Of a DNA stretch of 64,000 bases, positions 41,999 to 54,349 are shown one piece after another. The DNA is from Dendrobates tinctorius (lineage: Eukaryota), in assembly GCF_039654945.1 (NCBI RefSeq), contig NW_027361878.1, positions 21,204,001-21,268,000 on the forward strand. The letters run 5' to 3'. The position numbers and the translations under genes were made by a program. Below the pieces are notes generated by a model. The model searched no databases. It was given only the letters and a program-made list of their open reading frames with translations, and had not been told where the DNA came from. How positions within the stretch are numbered: the first letter of the stretch is position 1; each line of letters starts with the position of its first letter.

Positions 41999-43094
41999 CC
42001 GTATTTTGCGGTTTATAAGACGCACACTAAATTTTGGGGAGAAAAAAAAAATTAACTTTTTTTCAATAAAATGGTGGTGCTTCTTATAATGCGTGCTTCT
42101 TGTTGCTTACCGGTGGTGGTTGCTGCGGTGGAGCAGGGTCCCAGGGTCGCTGCTGATAGAAGAAGGAATGTTGTGATGCTGCGGATCCCAGGCTGGGAGG
42201 AAGGGGTATTCAAAGGTGCAACGCTGGTGATGTTCAGTGGTGCCGGGGACTCCATTGACATTTTGTAAAAGCCCAGAGCCCCCGCACTTCCATATAACTT
42301 CCATGGTTTACTCCGGAAAAATGGCTGCCGGGGGCAGCACATGCGCAGATGATCTTGTCTCAGGAGAAACCACCAGGTTTCACAAAATGTCGGCGGAGCC
42401 ACCAAACACCTGCAGAGTCACCTCTGAACAACCCCTTCTCCCAGCCTGAGGCCCGCAGCATCACTCCATTCCTGCCTCAGCCACCAGCCACCCTGGGATC
42501 CTGCTGGAACCACAGCCGGTAAGACCTGTTTCACATTTCCGTTATTTTGACGGGAGGCAAATCCGCCAGAGCGGTTAAACACGGATCCGCCTCCGTCATG
42601 GGCTAAACGGATGCTACAGGATCCGTGTTGTGTACGGATCCGCTGGAGGGGAAATTTAAAGCAACCGCGGCCTGGAAAGGAGAGAGATAGAGAATTTTTT
42701 TTTCTTTGCACGGCTGTTCCGGAAGGCCATTCAGGGGTTAAAAGCCCTGAAAAGCAGCGAATCTGCCGGGAATGCGCAATAGAAATTAGCGGACCGTCGC
42801 TCGGAAAAAACGTTGCAGGGTCCATCCCATCTGCCCGGGAGACGCTAACATTTTGACAGATCCGCCAAAAAACGCGTGGCACGGATGACCATCAGTCAAG
42901 ATCCGCTGCTAATGTAAGTCTATGGGGGAAAAAACGGATCCGCCCCTTTTTTGGCGGATCCGTTTTTTTCGAACATTGGCGGCTTTTGACTGACGTCAAC
43001 AAACGGAGGTGTGAAACAGGCCTAAGGTATATTCGAGTTATAAGACACAAAACCCCATATATGTGGGATGCGTCTTATATAACGAACAATACGG
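41999..43094. mobile_element. Non-autonomous pogo/Tigger-like element
   Basis: TA|CCGTATTTTGCGGTTTATAAGACGC ... GCGTCTTATATAACGAACAATACGG|TG. Confidence 0.7.
42523..43022. mobile_element. Harbinger-type MITE nested in pogo-like element
   Basis: TAA|GACCTGTTTCACA ... TGTGAAACAGGCC|TAA; many CGGATCCG palindromes; related to 59163-59645. Confidence 0.85.
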
Positions 43095-43115
43095 TGTGTA
43101 TATATACTGTATTTG

Positions 43116-43940
43116 CAGCGATGTGAAAAAGTGTTTGCCCCTTCCTGATTTCCTGTTCTTTTGCATGTTTGTGAAAAAAGCTTGAGGGCACTACGAATGA
43201 TCTATAGGGGACTGCAGTCCACACACCTAGAGAAACAGACCAAGAGAAGTGTGTATAATGGACGCGGTCAACCCCAAAATGAGCATAAAAATATTAACCA
43301 TGATATAATATCAATTTTTATTGTTTAGCATACAAAAAACACAAGTGACAAGAATACAATTAAAAACAATTAAAAAGGCCATACAAAATTGGCCATTAAT
43401 GGCATTAAGTGTGCATGGTTGTCACACTTAAATGTTTTCAGATCACCAAACAAATTTAAATATTAAACAAACAACACACGTAAACACACAATGCAAGTTT
43501 TAAATCAATGTTAATTAAGGGAAAAAGAAATCCAAACCTTCAGGGCCCTATATGAAAAAGTGATTGCCCTCCTTCCTTTAAACATAAATTAACTATGGTT
43601 TATCACATCTTCCCTAGCCACACCCAAGTCTGATTTCTGCTACGCAAGTTCTCAATCAAGAAATCACTTAAATAGTACCTGCCTGATAAAGTTAAGTAGA
43701 CCAAAAGATCTTTAGCTAACCATTATGCCGAGATCCAAAGAAATTTTTAGAACAAATGAGAAAAATCAGTCTGGAAAAGATTATAAAGCAATTTCTAAAG
43801 ATTTGGGACTCCAGCGAACCACAGTGAGAGCCATTATACACAAATGGCGAAAACATGGAACAGTGGTGAGCCTTTCCAGAAGTGGCCGGCCAACCAAAAT
43901 TACCCCAATAACGCAGCAACGCCTCATCCAAGAGGTCAGA
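43116..43940 (+). mobile_element. 5' part of a Tc1 element with N-terminal transposase fragment (43725-43940)
   Basis: CAGCGATGTGAAAAAGTGTTTGCCC terminus; MPRSKE...YKAISKDLGLQRTTVRAIIHKWRKHGTVVSLSRSGRPTKI; truncated at the piggyBac-like junction. Confidence 0.85.
43173..43411 (-). mobile_element. 239-bp insertion in Tc1 TIR, probable Penelope-like 3' fragment
   Basis: 11-bp TSD TGCATG(T/G)TTGT (43162-43172, 43412-43422); minus-strand AATAAA (TTTTTATT at about 43315). Confidence 0.6.
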
Positions 43941-45707
43941 AATAAATTCTTTTTTTTTTATAAATAAAATACAAAAATAATAAAGATACACATATTTAGT
44001 ATAACCGTGTCCGTAACAACCCGCCCTATAAAACGTGCCTACTAGTTAACCCCTTTAGTGAACCCCTTAAAAAAAAAAAACTAGGCAAAAAACAAATGCT
44101 TTATCATCATACCGCCAAACAAAAAGTGCAATAACACACGATCAAAAAGACTTATATAAATAAGCATGGTACCGCTGAAAACGTCATCTTGTCCCGCAAA
44201 AAACGAGCCGCCATACAGCGTCATCAGCAAAAAAAAAAAAAAAATGTTATAGCTTGCAGAATAAAGCGATGCAAAAATAATTATTTTTAATATAAAATTG
44301 TTTTTTATTGCATAAAAGCGCCAAAACATAAAAAACATAAATGAGGTATCGCTGTAATCATACTGACCCGAAGAATAAACCGCTTTATCAATTTTACCAC
44401 ACGCAGAACGGTTTAAGCGCACCCCCCAAAAGAAATTCATGAAACGCTGGTTTTTGTTCATTCTGCGTCCCAAAAATCGTAATAGAAAGCGATAAAAAAA
44501 AAAATCACGTGCCCGAAAATGGTACCAATAAAAACGTCAACTCGTTCCGCAAAAAATAAAACCTCACATGATTCGGTGGGTCAAAATATGGAAAAATTAT
44601 AGCTCTCAAAATATGGTTATGCAAAAACGCATCTTTTAGCGTATGACAGCTGCCAAACATAAAAACCCGCCATAAATAGTAAATCAAACCCCCTTTTATC
44701 ACCCCCTTAGTTAGGGAAAAATAATAAAATAAAAAAAATGTATTTATTTCCATTTTCCCATTAGGGTTAGGGCTAGGGTTAGGGCTGAGATTAGGGTCAG
44801 GGGTGTGTTAGGGTTAGGGTTGGCGTTATAATTGGGGGGTTTCCACTGTTTGGGCACATCAGGTGCTCTCCAAACGCAACATGGCGTCTGATCTCAATTC
44901 CAGCCAATTCTGCGTTGAAAAAGTCAAACGTTGCTCCTTCCAAACTCTGTCATGCGCCTAAACAGTGGTTTACCCCCACATATGGGGTATCAGCCTACTC
45001 AGGACAAATTGCACAACAACTTTTGGGATCCTATTTCTCCTGTTACCCTTGGGAAAATAAAAAATTGGGGACAAAAATATCATTTTTGTAGAAAGAAAAT
45101 AATTTTATTTTTATGGCTCTACGTTATAAACTTCTGTGAATCACTTGGGGGTTCAAAGTGCTCACCACACATCTAGATAAGTTCCTTGAGGGGTCTAGTT
45201 TCCAAAATAAGGTCACTTGTGGGGGGTTTCCACAGTTTAGGCACATCAAGGGCTCTCCAAAGGCAACATGACACGCGCAGACCATTCCATATCAAAGGCT
45301 GCATTCCAAAACGTCACTACTTCTCTTCCGAGCCCCGACGTGTGCTCATACAGTAGTTTTCTCCCACATATGGGATATCAGCGTCCTCAGGACAAATTGG
45401 ACAATAACTTTTGGAGTCCAATTTCTCCTATTACCCTTGGGAAAATAAAAAAATTGGGGACTAAAATATCATGTTTGTGAAAAAAATGATTTTATTATTT
45501 TCACGCCCAGGCGTTATAAACTTCTGTGAAGCACTTGGGGGTTCAAAGTGCTCACCACACATCTAGATAAGTTCCTTGGGGGGTCTAGTTTCCAAAATGG
45601 TGTCATTTGTGGGGGATTTCTACTGTTTAGGCACATCAGGGGCTTTCCAAACGCGACATGGTATCCAATCTCAATTCCAGCCAATTTTGCGTTGAAAAAG
45701 TTAAACG

Positions 45708-46194
45708 AAAACCGGAGTCGTCGTAACAATCTACGGATCATTGGTGTTCCTGAATCTGTAAAGTACCTACACAACCTTACTTCCTCATGGCTCTCAATTT
45801 GCCTGACATGTCTGGCTCTATTGTGGTGGAGCGAGCGCACAGAATTGGACCTGAGCGCTCTGATCCGAAAGCTCGTCCACGCCCGATAATTTTCAAGTTA
45901 CTCAATTACCAGGACAAACTTCAGTTGCTCTGGGCGTACCGAGCCACCTCCTCATGGAAATGCGAGGGCCATTCCCTCCTTATGTTTCAAGATTTCTCCT
46001 CCTTGGTGGTGACCAAGTGCCATGCTTTTTCTTCAGTTTGTAAATTATTACATGACAAAGGCAATCGTTTTGCTCTTCTCTACCCTGCACGCCTTCGGGT
46101 GGTGCTTCAAGGAAAACTGGTATTTTTTGATGACCCAGATAAAGCATTAGAGGAAGCTGAGCGCTCTTTCCGGGCTTCCTCTCCGGTCACTTGA
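45708..46194 (+). pseudogene. L1 ORF1p C-terminal half (RRM and CTD)
   Basis: ENRSRRNNLRIIGVPE, frameshift, ERAHRIG...PRPIIFKLLNYQDK...FALLYPARLRV. Confidence 0.92.
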
Positions 46195-46352
46195 CTCTGA
46201 TTTGTAGCCATGTGTTATAATGCCTATAAGATTTGATTTTGAGCTTATGGCTTGATCTATATTGAACTTTTTGTTCTTATCTCATGTTTTTCCTTCTAGG
46301 GGATACCATTAGTTAAGATAACTTAACCCGATGTTTAACTTTTTGGTTTATA

Positions 46353-47958
46353 CAGTGGGGCAAAAAAGTATTTAGTCAGTCAGCAATAGTGCAAGTTCCA
46401 CCACTTAAAAAGATGAGAGGCGTCTGTAATTTACATCATAGGTAGACCTCAACTATGGGAGACAAACTGAGAAAAAAAAATCCAGAAAATCACATTGTCT
46501 GTTTTTTTTTCATTTTATTTGCATATTATGGTGGAAAATAAGTATTTGGTCAGAAACAAGCAATCAAGATTTCTGGCTCTCACAGACCTGTAACTTCTTC
46601 TTTAAGAGTCTCCTCTTTCCTCCACTCATTACCTGTAGTAATGGCACCTGTTTAAACTTGTTATCAGTATAAAAAGACACCTGTGCACACCCTCAAACAG
46701 TCTGACTCCAAACTCCACTATGGTGAAGACCAAAGAGCTGTCAAAGGACACCAGAAACAAAATTGTAGCCCTGCACCAGGCTGGGAAGACTGAATCTGCA
46801 ATAGCCAACCAGCTTGGAGTGAAGAAATCAACTGTGGGAGCAATAATTAGAAAATGGAAGACATACAAGACCACTGATAATCTCCCTCGATCTGGTGCTC
46901 CACGCAAAATCCCACCCCGTGGGGTCAGAATGATCACAAGAACGGTGAGCAAAAATCCCAGAACCACGCGGGGGGACCTAGTGAATGAACTGCAGAGAGC
47001 TGGGACCAATGTAACAAGGCCTACCATAAGTAACACACTACGCCACCATGGACTCAGATCCTGCAGTGCCAGACGTGTCCCACTGCTTAAGCCTGTACAT
47101 GTCCGGGCCCGTCTGAAGTTTGCTAGAGAGCATTTGGATGATCCAGAGGAGTTTTGGGAGAATGTCCTATGGTCTGATGAAACCAAACTGGAACTGTTTG
47201 GTAGAAACACAACTTGTCGTGTTTGGAGGAAAAAGAATACTGAGTTGCATCCATCAAACACCATACCTACTGTAAAGCATGGTGGTGGAAACATCATGCT
47301 TTGGGGCTGTTTCTCTGCAAAGGGGCCAGGACGACTGATCCGGGTACATGAAAGAATGAATGGGGCCATGTATCGTGAGATTTTGAGTGCAAACCTCCTT
47401 CCATCAGCAAGGGCATTGATGATGAAACGTGGCTGGGTCTTTCAACATGACAATGATCCAAAGCACACCGCCAGGGCAACGAAGGAGTGGCTTCGTAAGA
47501 AGCATTTCAAGGTCCTGGAGTGGCCTAGCCAGTCTCCAGATCTCAACCCTATAGAAAACCTTTGGAGGGAGTTGAAAGTCCGTGTTGCCAAGCGAACAGC
47601 CAAAAACATCACTGCTCTAGAGGAGATCTGCATGGAGGAATGGGCCAACATACCAACAACAGTGTGTGGCAACCTTGTGAAGACTTACAGAAAACGTTTG
47701 ACCTCTGTCATTGCCAACAAAGGATATATCACAAAGTATTGAGATGAAATTTTGTTTCTGACCAAATACTTATTTTCCACCATAATATGCAAATAAAATG
47801 AAAAAAAAACAGACAATGTGATTTTCTGGATTTTTTTTTCTCAGTTTGTCTCCCATAGTTGAGGTCTACCTATGATGTAAATTACAGACGCCTCTCATCT
47901 TTTTAAGTGGTGGAACTTGCACTATTGCTGACTGACTAAATACTTTTTTGCCCCACTG
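46353..47958 (+). mobile_element. Intact Tc1 (IR/DR-type) transposon in the L1 inter-ORF spacer
   Basis: 207-bp TIRs (46353-46559, 47752-47958), identical by manual comparison; TA TSD; 1606 bp. Confidence 0.97.
46720..47742 (+). CDS. Tc1 DD34E transposase, 340 aa, uninterrupted
   Basis: Paired-like N-terminus, [28 protein letters not shown]; 34 residues between the second D and E. Confidence 0.97.
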   Translation: MVKTKELSKDTRNKIVALHQAGKTESAIANQLGVKKSTVGAIIRKWKTYKTTDNLPRSGAPRKIPPRGVRMITRTVSKNPRTTRGDLVNELQRAGTNVTRPTISNTLRHHGLRSCSARRVPLLKPVHVRARLKFAREHLDDPEEFWENVLWSDETKLELFGRNTTCRVWRKKNTELHPSNTIPTVKHGGGNIMLWGCFSAKGPGRLIRVHERMNGAMYREILSANLLPSARALMMKRGWVFQHDNDPKHTARATKEWLRKKHFKVLEWPSQSPDLNPIENLWRELKVRVAKRTAKNITALEEICMEEWANIPTTVCGNLVKTYRKRLTSVIANKGYITKY

Positions 47959-48137
47959 TATGTTGTTTCTCAGTTCAGTTGGGGGTGGGGGGTGGGTTCC
48001 CTCTCCTTGGGCCCGCTCTATGTCCGGTCTTTTTGGCTAACTTGGGTTGGTAGGTTTGCTCGCTGGGACAGACCTTTGCCCAACTACTCTTTTTTTTCTC
48101 ATTTCTACGTTCTGGCCCCAATGTGGGATGGGTTAAC

Positions 48138-51100
48138 ATGGCCGCCCCTAATAACATAGCTTCTCACATTAATATACGCTCCATCGAACTTTTATCATGG
48201 AATGTGGCTGGCCTCAATTCAGCGGTAAAGCGCAGAAAAGTACTAGATCACATTACTCGTCTACACCCCCATATTGTCTTTTTACAAGAAACCCACTGGC
48301 TATGCAGGGGTAACCCAGCGCTCCGTAATAGATATTATGCGGAGTGTTTGGAGGCTTCCTTTACACAGAAAAAACGCGGTGTGGCCATTTTGTTTCATAA
48401 GGATCTCGATTATTCTATACAGGATGTGGTGAGGGACCAGGCAGGGCAATATATATTAGTCAGAGGTATTATTGAACAGCGGGAATATTGCCTTATAAAT
48501 GTTTACGCACCCAATACTACTACCCCTTCCTTCTTTGCTAAACTTGAAGAGATGGTTCACGGCTGGCATCCTACCAGTATATTATTGGGTGGAGATTTAA
48601 ACACCCTTCATGATGCTTTTTTGGACAGATCTTCCCCCCTGCCCGCATCTCACCCTCCATCCAGAGCGATTTCTACCTTGTGAAACAGGCTTGACTTGGT
48701 TGATGCCTGGAGGTGCTGCCACCCTACGGAAAGAGAATGTACCTTCTATTCTAGGGTACATGATGTTCACACTCGAATTGATTATTGGCTAACTTCTGCC
48801 TCTCTTCTTTCCCTTCTAAAAATAGTTGATATTCTCCCTTAAATTATCTCAGACCACTCCCCGGTCTTACTTACTCTGGAACTCCACACTAATAGATCTG
48901 TGTCTTTGCGCTGGCGCTTCCCCTCTTATCAATATACTTCCGATGATTTCAAGCGCTATATGACAGGCTAGTGGGAGACTTTCGTGGAGGACAACTTGGA
49001 ACACTTGGACGATATCAATCTATTTTGGGCCACTGCTAAAACAGTACTTAGGGGACGTGTTATCTCTACTAGGGTTCCCAATATTGTCTTACCCGATGGC
49101 TCTATCACTCGTGACCCAACCCAAATTTGTGCGGTTTTTAGAGACTTTTTGTCAGAGACACCGCACTGAACTTGCTCACTGAGCCAGTGCGCGTGCCCTG
49201 AGTAAGCGAAAGCGTGCTCAAGGCTACCTGTGGAGCGGGCAGCAACCGAATAGATGCGTACTTCAGAGCTGCAGGGCCTGAAGCACGTGACTGCTAGAGG
49301 CGTGGCTTAAACTCCACAGAGCTAGGAGCTGCAAGACAATTCCTAGCAGAGTAACTGCGAGACAAAGATACCAAGGGGCATAGACAGGGAGAATAGTCAG
49401 GACGTAGCCAATGAGTCACACACAGAGATAGCTGCAAGGTACCAGAGGGGTGAGCAGAGAGTGGTCAGGTCACAGGCAATGAGTCATACACAGATAGCTG
49501 CAAGGTACAAGAGGGGCAAGCAGAGAGTAATCAGGTCACAGGCAATGGGTCATACACAGATAATAACGCAGTACAAAATCAACAGGCAAACTCACAACGG
49601 GAAACAGAATCGGGTCAGAACCATATAAACAAGCTATAGCAATAAACAGGCACACGGGGGTCAGCACACTAGACCAAAGGCAAAAGTATAACTGGCAGGG
49701 ATTGAAGCTACCCAGAGGTTTATGAAGCTCTCCCAGAGCCAGAAAGAGGCCACAATCATTAACCCCAAGTGTGCAGGTCAAAACCTGCACAGAGCTCCAG
49801 ACATTAACCCCCGGTGTGCAGCTCAAAAACCTGCATTGGGATCATGACACTTTTATGCAGATCTTTATGGCCCATCTCTGGACTCTCGGGGGATGGATAT
49901 GCATTCCTATGCAAGGCTTGTCCATCAAGGCTTTCTGACTCTCAGCGGAAGATCCTAAACCAACCAATTTCTTCTGAGGAGGTAAGATCAGTCATTAAAT
50001 CTTCAAAACTGCATAAAGCCCCTGGCCCGGATGGGTTCTCGGTAGAGTTTTATAAACTGTTACAACCCTTAATTACTCCACACCTCCCCTCTCTTTTTAA
50101 CCATATTTTGGACTTGGGTTCTCTGCCGGATCGATTTAATGAAGCCTGTCTGTCATTACTACTAAAGCCGGGCAAAAATCCGCTTCTCCCTGCCTCGTAC
50201 CGCCCAATTTCCCTTTTAAATGTTGATTTTAAATTGCTCACCAAAATCATGGCTAATAGATTACAGTCTATGCTTCCTGATATTCTTACCTCGTCTCAAA
50301 CGGGCTTTGTCCATGGGCGGTCTATCACTTACAATATCAGGACGGTGTTAGCGGCCATCACACATAGTTATCAGGCTAAGGCCAAGAAGAATATACTGGT
50401 CAGCCTCGACGCTGATAAGGCTTTTGACTGTGTGTCCTGGTCTCATCTTATCAGAACACTGAAGTATAGACTGTTTGGCTTTACCTTTTTTAATTTTATA
50501 CGCACAATTTACACTAACTCCCAATCTTCGATTTGGCTTAATGGTATCCAGTCAACCCCTTTTTCCATCTTCAAGGGGACGAGGCAGGGCTGTCCTCTGT
50601 CACCTTTGTTGTTTAATATTGCCCTTGATCCCTTACTAAGATATCTGGAGATTTGGGGGCATAGGGGTCGGTCACCATACACTTAAAATGTTGGCATTTG
50701 CTGATGATATCTTACTCATGAGATCCAATCCTAAGGAAGCCATTTCCTCTATAATGGACGCCTTTAATGAATTTGGAGCAGTTTCGGGATTTCGTATAAA
50801 CTTTAATAAATCTCATGCTTTAGCTATTTTTAAAATTGCTCAAAAACGGTGGCCTTTCCCTTTCAGTGGAGGAGAAATTCTTTACCTTATCTTGGTGTTG
50901 ACCTACCATCAAATCCTCATGATATCTATAAATTAAATGTTCAGCCTCTTATTTCTGTAGTTATACAAGAAATTCAATCCTGGAAATCCCTTAAATTATC
51001 CTTTGCAGGTAAAACCCATCTAATTAAAATGATCTCTTTCCTTTACAGACGCTCCCAGTTCTACTTTCTAAAGCTGATGATAGGCTACTGACACGAGCCT

Positions 51101-52459
51101 TCCGCCAATTTATTTGGGGCTCAGAAGGGGGCTCTAGAATTAGTGTTTTTAAGCTACAGCAAACCAAATCTTTGGGTGGACTTAATCTCCCAAATTTACG
51201 CCTCTACAGTATAGCGGCTGCTTTTCGCCATTCCCTTGATTGGATATACTCCTTTAATCGCTTCACTAATACCCCAATAGATGAGGCCATGTGTAGACCC
51301 TTCAGCCTCCCAGCATTGCTTCACCTACGAAATGCTGAAATTCCAGTGGAGGTTAGAGATAATCCTCTATTATGGTCGGTAATCTTGGGATGGCGTCAAG
51401 CTAGACGAATTAGCGGTCTTGACCCCCACATCTCGATGTTTCTTCCCTTTCAAGGTAACCCCTCTTTTCTACAAGGCAAGTCACCTCCCATTTACAAGGT
51501 GCTTGGAAACAATGGGTGTAGACTGGTCCGAGATACGTTAACAAATAATCAATGCCTTCTTACCTTAGAGGATATGGTTTTCAAATACCCAATCCTTACA
51601 GAAGACAATTTTACTATCTCTCAAATTAGACATTACGTAAGCTCAATATTGCGAGACATATCCCGGATGATGCTAGAACACACCCTCTAAATTTAATATC
51701 CATTAAAGCCCAAATGGGAACTTATTCTATGAGTCTTGTATATAAATCATTAAAGTCTTCTATACATTGGTCAGACTCTTCACCAGGCCCTGGAAAATGG
51801 GTTGCTCAATTAACGAACTGTCGGGTAAATGACCTTTTGAAAGCCACTCTGCTTATTAACTCTATATTACCATATGACAGTTACATAACCATGTCTCTTA
51901 TGATATTTTATAGAGCATACATCTCCCCGGAGGTCAAGTCTAAAATGTCCCCCTCAGGGGACTATCCCTGCCCTAAATGCTTACACTCTCCAGCTGATAT
52001 TTTCCATTGCCTTTGGGACTGCCCAAAAATAAGGGAGGTGTGGGATACACTTCTGCAACATCTCATCAACACTTTTGGCATATCTATCTCTCTCTCCCCG
52101 GAGTGGGCCATATTTAATATTCTCGCACAGGACCAGTTGGTGAAGCTTTCTGTCCAGCAGCGCCGCATCTTGCGAATATGGGCGGCAGCCACACGTAAAA
52201 GCATTCTCCATTTGTGGGCACAGGATGTAACACCTTCTTTAAGCTTAATTACAACAAAAGTAACATATCTCTTCAAAATGGATTGGATAGAGGCCTTACT
52301 TAATAAAGAAAAAGACACTGAACGCTTTTTTTTCACATGGTCTCTTTTATCAATACTCAGACATCTTCCACACACCAGGCGATACATAGTTGTTTCCAGC
52401 TCATCAACTGGTATATGAGAGAGCAGCTTGCTGGTAATAGCCCTGTTAGACTGGATTGA
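48138..52459 (+). pseudogene. L1 ORF2p (APE endonuclease, RT, C-terminal zinc motif), disrupted
   Basis: SWNVAGLN, LQETH, NVYAPN, GGDLN, SDHSP; KAPGPDG, YRPISLLNVD, LDADKAFD, GTRQGCPLSP, FADD, YLG; CPKC..H..WDC; several frameshifts, probable deletion near 49068, LTR insertion. Confidence 0.95.
49150..49849 (-). mobile_element. Solo LTR (700 bp), probably Gypsy-type
   Basis: TGTCA...TGACA ends; 5-bp TSD CTTTT (49145-49149, 49850-49854); removal restores L1 peptide FRDFYADLY; orientation tentative. Confidence 0.9.
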
Positions 52460-53391
52460 AATTGTGTTACGAAGTTATGGAGTTTGCCCGGGGGAGAGGA
52501 GGGGGAAGGGCGGGGGGGGAGTTATAGTTGAAAAAATGCCATCTAATGTTAATATGTTATTGGACATTATATGTATACTTTGTATTACACTCAATAAAGA
52601 CGGTTAAAAAAAAAAGAAAAAGTTAAACGGCGCTCCTTCCCTTTTGAGCTCTGCCATGCGCCGAAACAGTGGTTCCCCCCCATATATCGGGTATCAGCGT
52701 ACTCAGGACAAATTGCACAATAACTTTTGGGGTCCTGTTACCCTTGGGAACATAAAAATTGGGGGTGAAAAGATCATTTTTGTGGAAAAAATATGATTTT
52801 CCCTTCACCCATGATAGCACACCTGAGAGAGGGATTCGCCCCGCCTGGACAGGAGCCTACTGAGATATAAGGGGCAGCACCTCTCCCCCACTTCAGTTGG
52901 GTTCCTTTCCTGGAAGAAATCCCACTGTCTGCGGTGCCTGTCATGGGCGAAGAAGAAAAAAAAAAAAAGACCCAGGCCTGTCCCGGCGCGGGAAGAACAG
53001 GTGCCTTACCTGTAGTGCCGGCCGTCGGGTGCTGGAGGCACAGTCCCTGGTGTCCCCCTGGGCTCCGGGTTCGTGTGGGCGCAGGTGGGATCCCGGTGGC
53101 TCCTGGAAGCCCCCACCGCGCCGCCCTCCCCTCACGCACTCCAGCATCTCGATCCCCGAGGCGTCTGGCAGGGGAGAGACGCACGCGTCTTCCGGCCACT
53201 GACGTCGGCGGCGCAGAGGATTGTGGGTGCGCCGGCTGACGTTGGCAGAAGGCGACGGTGTCATGGCGCCAGGTGCGACGCCGGCTTTGTGAAGCGGTCG
53301 GCCGGCGGTTGCAGGGGGGAGGGGATGGAGACACCCCCCAGGACGGAGGCCGCATTTAAACGAGGACCAGCGGAAGGGCAGGCGGTGCAAA

Positions 53392-54349
53392 ATGGAGTCA
53401 GAGCAGGAGAGGTCCTTGTCTCTGCCTCCCTCACAACCCTCCGGCCGCAAACATGGAAGCCGGTCAAGCAGCAACCGCCCCAGCTGCAGGTCGGGAGATT
53501 CCTCAGGGTCCAGAGAGCACAGGTCTCGTGCTCCGATGCAGCCTCCAAGTCCGGTACCCTTGATTACGGGTGGTGAGTGATCTTCGTGAATGCTAGCATT
53601 TATGTTAATAGGGATTCTCTGTTATATGTTTGACCCCGTAGGAAAAGCCCAAAAAAGCGGGAAGTAAGAAGAATAATAGGGACTGTGCCTTATGTAAAAC
53701 GGCCCTAGCAAGAGACTGGCAGAAAGACCTCTGCGTCAGTTGCATTCAGCGGATAATGGCAGAGGAAGCGCCTAGTTTCGCAGCTAACCTGATATTGGCC
53801 CTTAGGTCAGAAATGGAGGGTTCAATTAAGACCCTACTGAAAAAAGGGAGGAAAGGTAGAAAAAAATCCCCCTAGTTCTCCCTCAAATTCCTCATCGGCC
53901 TCGTCTCAAACAGAACAAACGTCCTCCTCAGACAGTGACACGGGGGTAAGCCATGTTTCCCTGTAGAAGACACGGATGCGCTCCTAAAGGCCATTAGAAC
54001 AACAATGGGCCTACAGGAAGAGAAAGCGGCTAAAACCCTAGAGGATGATTTGTTTGGGGGGCTTCAAGAGAGGAAAAAACGGACCTTTCCAGTGAACAAA
54101 AAGATCCAAGTGCTTATTGAGAGAGAGTGGAGGAAACCCGAAAGATCAGGGGGCCCTTCTCTCCACCTCTAAGAGACGATACCCCTTTGAGCACAAAGAT
54201 GCGGAAATAAGGGACAAGGTCCCAAAAATAGACGCAGCAGTATCCAGGTCTTCTAAAAAATCAGCCCTGCCCCTGGAAGACTCAGGAGTTCTTAGGGACC
54301 CCCTAGACAAGAAAGCGGATTCATATTTGAGGCATGCGTGGGAAAGCGT
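53392..54349 (+). pseudogene. DIRS ORF1 (gag-like; C4 zinc motif and LAP2alpha-like region)
   Basis: CALC-x12-CVSC at about 53684-53743; FPVNKKIQVLIEREWRKPE; RRYPF...VPKIDAAVSR...LRDPLDKKAD; frameshifted and fused to RT by deletion. Confidence 0.75.

Larger units (their letters stand above)
45708..52615 (+). mobile_element. L1 (LINE-1 clade) retrotransposon, 5'-truncated in ORF1
   Basis: 14-bp TSD GAAAAAGTTAAACG (45694-45707, 52616-52629); AATAAA 52593-52598 then A-tail; TT/GAAAAA target resembles the L1 endonuclease site. Confidence 0.95.

Noticed and set aside
52774-53576. CpG island with overlapping GC-rich ORFs suggesting a host promoter
   Set aside because: Lies inside the DIRS 5' region; ORFs are by-products of GC content
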